Assembly: GCA_963741945.1 (NCBI GenBank)
Contig: CAVUKA010000005.1
Coordinates: 64,001 to 128,000 of the forward strand
Origin: an uncultured Gemmatimonadales bacterium
GTDB taxonomy: Bacteria > Gemmatimonadota > Gemmatimonadetes > Longimicrobiales > RSA9
Reading direction: 5' to 3'
DNA length: 64,000 nucleotides
This document shows positions 60,834 through 64,000 of this stretch, piece by piece. Every line of letters begins with the position of its first letter. Position 1 is the first letter of the stretch. The position numbers were made by a program, and so were the translations under genes. A model generated the notes under the pieces. It saw nothing but the letters and a program-made list of their open reading frames with translations. It was not told the origin of the DNA and made no database searches.

Positions 60834-60871
60834 ATCAAGGCAGGGTCACTGGCATGTAACATACATATCAC
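60834..60871 (-). promoter_or_regulatory. Degenerate Pho-box-like repeats upstream of phoB
   Basis: ATCAA at 60834, GTCAC at 60845, GTAAC at 60856 and ATCAC at 60867, an 11-bp period. Confidence 0.45.
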
Positions 60872-61059
60872 GGGCGCCGTTGCGGTACAGTACGGTGGCG
60901 AGCCTGTCACGCGGCGCCACGTTTCCTATTTTGCATGCGTGCCCATGCCATGTCGATGCTGCGCCCACCACTTGCCGCCCCGCCGCTCGCCGCTTCCCGC
61001 GGACGAGGGATCGGCACGCGCCCGCGCAACGTTCCGCCCCGCCCGTGCGTCGTGAAGAC

Positions 61060-61608
61060 ATGACGGGGGATGCGGAGCTGGTTGCCCGCACCCTGGAAGG
61101 GGACGGTGCGGCGTTCGAGGCGCTCGTGCGGAAGTACACCCGCACCGCGCACGCGGTGGCGCTGGCCGTGGTGAAGGAGCCGGCGGACGCGGACGACGTG
61201 GTACAGGACGCGTTCATCCGTGCGCTGGAGCGGCTGGAGGATTGCCGGGACCCGGGCAAATTCAGCTCCTGGTTCCTGCGGATCGTCCGCAACCGCGCCC
61301 ACAGTGTGCGCCGGTACCTGGGCGTGCGGGAAGCATCGCCGCTGGCTGCCGTGTCGCCCGCGTCGCGGCAGCCGGGCCCGGATCGGGACACGGACCGGTC
61401 GCAGCTCCGGGCCGACCTGCTGTCGGCGCTGGGCGAGCTGACGGAAGTGCAGCGGCAGGTGGTGCTGCTGCACGACCTGGAGGGATGGAAGCACCGGGAG
61501 ATCGGCGATCTCCTGGAGCTGCCGGAAGGGACGGTGCGGGCGCACCTGTTTCACGCGCGCCGCGCGTTGAGGGAAAACGAAGCGCTCCGACGCTCGATGG
61601 AGGACTAG
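61060..61608 (+). CDS. ECF RNA polymerase sigma factor
   Basis: DVVQDAF, FSSWFLRIVRN, EIGDLLELPEGTVRAHLFHAR. Confidence 0.92.
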   Translation: MTGDAELVARTLEGDGAAFEALVRKYTRTAHAVALAVVKEPADADDVVQDAFIRALERLEDCRDPGKFSSWFLRIVRNRAHSVRRYLGVREASPLAAVSPASRQPGPDRDTDRSQLRADLLSALGELTEVQRQVVLLHDLEGWKHREIGDLLELPEGTVRAHLFHARRALRENEALRRSMED

Positions 61609-61612
61609 AGAA

Positions 61613-61966
61613 ATGGAACCGCAACGGCTCGATCTATCGCCGCTGGACCCCGCGGGGGACCAGCTCGGCTACGAGCGGCTCGTGCGGCGCATCCTGGATG
61701 CCGCCGCGCCCGAGCTCCACCGCCGCGCGGCGTCCACCACACCGCTGGCCGCCGTCGCCGGCTGGGCTCGCCCCGCCCTCGCGGCCGCCGCCATCATCGC
61801 CGCCATGGCGGCAGGGGCCATGTTCAGCATGACCCGACGCGCCGTCGAGCCGGCATCCACGATGATCGAAGCCATGGGCGTGCCCGCGCCCGCCGCGGAC
61901 TGGCTGGCCGAGGGGCGCGCGCCCACGCGTGGCGACCTCGTGGTCGCCATGGAGCGGCGTCCGTGA
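61613..61966 (+). CDS. Single-TM hypothetical protein, putative anti-sigma factor
   Basis: Directly follows the ECF sigma gene; one hydrophobic helix. Confidence 0.65.
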   Translation: MEPQRLDLSPLDPAGDQLGYERLVRRILDAAAPELHRRAASTTPLAAVAGWARPALAAAAIIAAMAAGAMFSMTRRAVEPASTMIEAMGVPAPAADWLAEGRAPTRGDLVVAMERRP

Positions 61967-62391
61967 GCGCCGAGCGCGCCAACAGCCGACGCATGGTCGG
62001 CCTCGGGCTGCTGCTGGCCGTGTTCGTCGCCGGCATCCTCGCCGGCGCCGCCATCGACCGCTTCATCGCCTCCCCGGACCATGGCCGCCGGGCGGAGCGC
62101 CGGGACGACGACCGGCGCCGCTACGTCATCGACCAGGTCGACCTCACGGCCGAGCAGCGCCAGGAGATCGACGCCATCCTCGACCGCCGCGCCACCCGCA
62201 TGCGCGCCCTCTGGCAGGAGGCCTCGCCCCGCCTGGATGCCATCACGGACTCCGCCCGCGTCGAGATCATGGACGTGCTCACGCCCGAGCAGCGGGCCGA
62301 GTACACGCGGCGCCTCCAGGCGAGGGAGGCAGCCGCCCGCGCTCGTCGCCACGAGTCGGGCGACACGGTGAGCGGCGACTCCGGCAGCTGA
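61963..62391 (+). CDS. Spy/CpxP-like periplasmic helical protein
   Basis: N-terminal TM and two LTxEQ motifs (LTAEQR, LTPEQR). Confidence 0.7.
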   Translation: MSAERANSRRMVGLGLLLAVFVAGILAGAAIDRFIASPDHGRRAERRDDDRRRYVIDQVDLTAEQRQEIDAILDRRATRMRALWQEASPRLDAITDSARVEIMDVLTPEQRAEYTRRLQAREAAARARRHESGDTVSGDSGS

Positions 62392-62425
62392 GCCCGCTGG
62401 TCCGCTTCGCCGTCGCGCGGGCTGC

Positions 62426-63394
62426 CTACACGCGCAGCAGCAGCTTCCCGGAAGTTTCCCGCCCCTCCAGCCGCCGGTGCGCCTCGGCCGCGTCCTCGAG
62501 GGGAAGGACGTCGTGGATGCGGACGTGGAGCCGCCCGCTGGCGACGGCGTCCAGCACTTCACCGGCGCGCCACTCCACTTCGGCCCGGTCCAGCGTGTAA
62601 TGGCCGAGCGACGGCCGCGTCAGGAAGAGGGAGCCGCCGGAATTGAGGCGCTGGGGGTCGAACGCCTCCACCTTCCCGCTGGCCTGGCCGTAGAGCACGA
62701 GGTAGCCACGGGGCCGGAGTGACCGGAGGCTGTCTTCGAACGTGGAGCGGCCAACGGAATCGTAGACCACCGTGGCACCGCGGCCGTCGGTGAGCTCCAT
62801 GACTGCGGGCTGGAACGGCTCCTCGGTGTATCGGACCACGTGGTCGGCACCGTGGTCGCGGACGCGCGCGGCCTTCTCCTCGGTGGAGCAGGTGCCGATG
62901 ACGGTGGCGCCCCGGGCCTTGGCCATCTGGACGAGCAGCAGCCCCACGCCGCCGGCCGCCGCATGGACCACGGCCACGTCCTCCGGACCGAGCACGTAGG
63001 TGCTGTTCACCAGGTAATGGGCGGTCATTCCCTGGAGCATGACAGCCGCCGCGTGCTCCAGACTCACCGCCTCCGGTACCCGCACCAGCTTCCACGCGGG
63101 GACAACCACCGCTTCGGCATACGACCCCGGCGCCATTGCCCAGGCGACGCGGTCGCCCACCGCCACGTGCGACACCCCGTCACCGACGGCGTCCACGCGG
63201 CCCGCACCCTCCTGGCCGGAGGTGAACGGCACGTCCCGACCATAGAGCCCGGTGCGGTGATAGACGTCGACGAAGTTCACGCCCGCGAACTCCACGCGCA
63301 CGCGGCCCTCACCCGGCCCCGGCTCCGGCGCCGCGATCTGGGAGAGCTCCATGACTTCGGGACCGCCGGTCCGGCTCACGCGTATCGCGCGCAT
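62426..63394 (-). CDS. qor: NADPH:quinone oxidoreductase (zeta-crystallin family)
   Basis: GVNFVD, LQGMTAHYL, HAAAGGVG, VYDSVG, GSLFLTRPSL. Confidence 0.9.
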   Translation of the reverse strand: MRAIRVSRTGGPEVMELSQIAAPEPGPGEGRVRVEFAGVNFVDVYHRTGLYGRDVPFTSGQEGAGRVDAVGDGVSHVAVGDRVAWAMAPGSYAEAVVVPAWKLVRVPEAVSLEHAAAVMLQGMTAHYLVNSTYVLGPEDVAVVHAAAGGVGLLLVQMAKARGATVIGTCSTEEKAARVRDHGADHVVRYTEEPFQPAVMELTDGRGATVVYDSVGRSTFEDSLRSLRPRGYLVLYGQASGKVEAFDPQRLNSGGSLFLTRPSLGHYTLDRAEVEWRAGEVLDAVASGRLHVRIHDVLPLEDAAEAHRRLEGRETSGKLLLRV

Positions 63395-64000
63395 CACACC
63401 TCTCCCTTTCCGGCGGGCGCCCCGCAGCACGCCTCGATCTCCGCGGCCGTGAGCGTGTGGCCCACGCTCTTGGCCAGCTCGAAGACGCGGCGGCAGAGGG
63501 CATCATCGTCGGCGTCGTACCCGTGCTCGGCGAGCCAGTAGCGAACGTTCGACATCCCGCTCATGTGGCTGATCTCGATCTCCTGGCGCCGCCCGAAGAA
63601 GGCGGCGGGAACGCCGGAATAGACACGGTCCGCGAGCCAGTCGTCGCCCTTGTGGCGGGCCTTGATGATGGCGGAGGCGTGGACCCCGGTTCCGGTGCGG
63701 AAGGCGTCCGCTCCGATGACCGGGTAGTTGGCCGGCAGCGGCACGCCCATGGTCTCGGACACCACGGTGCAGTACTCGCCGAGGCGCGACAGGTCGTAGT
63801 CGTGGAGCCCGAGCAGCTTCAGGTTGACCAGCAGCAGGTCCATCTCGATGTTGCCCACCCGCTCGCCCACGCCCAGCGCAGTGCCGTGCACCCGGTCGAC
63901 GCCCTCCTCGATGGCGGCCAGGGCGTTGGGCACGCCCAGGCCGCGATCGCGGTGGCCGTGGAAGTCCACTTTCACGTCCTCACCGCTGGGCTCCACGATC
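63394..64000 (-). CDS. LeuA/2-isopropylmalate synthase-family enzyme (5' end outside window)
   Basis: HGHRDRG, GVGERVGN, GVHASAI, SGMSNV. Confidence 0.85.
   Translation of the reverse strand, partial: IVEPSGEDVKVDFHGHRDRGLGVPNALAAIEEGVDRVHGTALGVGERVGNIEMDLLLVNLKLLGLHDYDLSRLGEYCTVVSETMGVPLPANYPVIGADAFRTGTGVHASAIIKARHKGDDWLADRVYSGVPAAFFGRRQEIEISHMSGMSNVRYWLAEHGYDADDDALCRRVFELAKSVGHTLTAAEIEACCGAPAGKGEV

Overview
High-GC bacterial chromosomal window. The gene content is consistent with Gemmatimonadota, but that is inference only. Most of it is ordinary accessory or housekeeping content: amidohydrolases, a GGDEF-EAL protein, several exported peptidases, Ktr/Trk K+ uptake, a GbsR/MarR-TolC-RND efflux operon, OmpA, HrpB, psd, an OPT transporter, acyl-CoA and isocitrate dehydrogenases, a phoB-phoR-porin-pstB-phoU operon with 11-bp-phased Pho-box-like repeats, an ECF sigma cluster, qor and a partial leuA-family gene. 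Three regions stand out. (1) A minus-strand RNA locus, tRNA-Arg(ACG) -> rnpB -> about 3.7 copies of a 101-bp tandem repeat -> tRNA-Arg(CCG). Each repeat carries the 5' leader plus the first 18 nt of the tRNA, and each full unit also has a GCGAAGC hairpin. (2) A carotenoid cluster with a B12-photoreceptor (CarH) gene and an apparent triple fusion, prenyltransferase-phytoene synthase-hydrophobic segment-helical domain, broken by a frameshift near a G7 run. (3) An accessory patch at the 3' side of tRNA-Arg(CCG) with a Ser/Thr kinase-ECF sigma pair, divergent repeat lipoproteins and gene relics. All product calls come from motif recognition by eye; no database searches were run.
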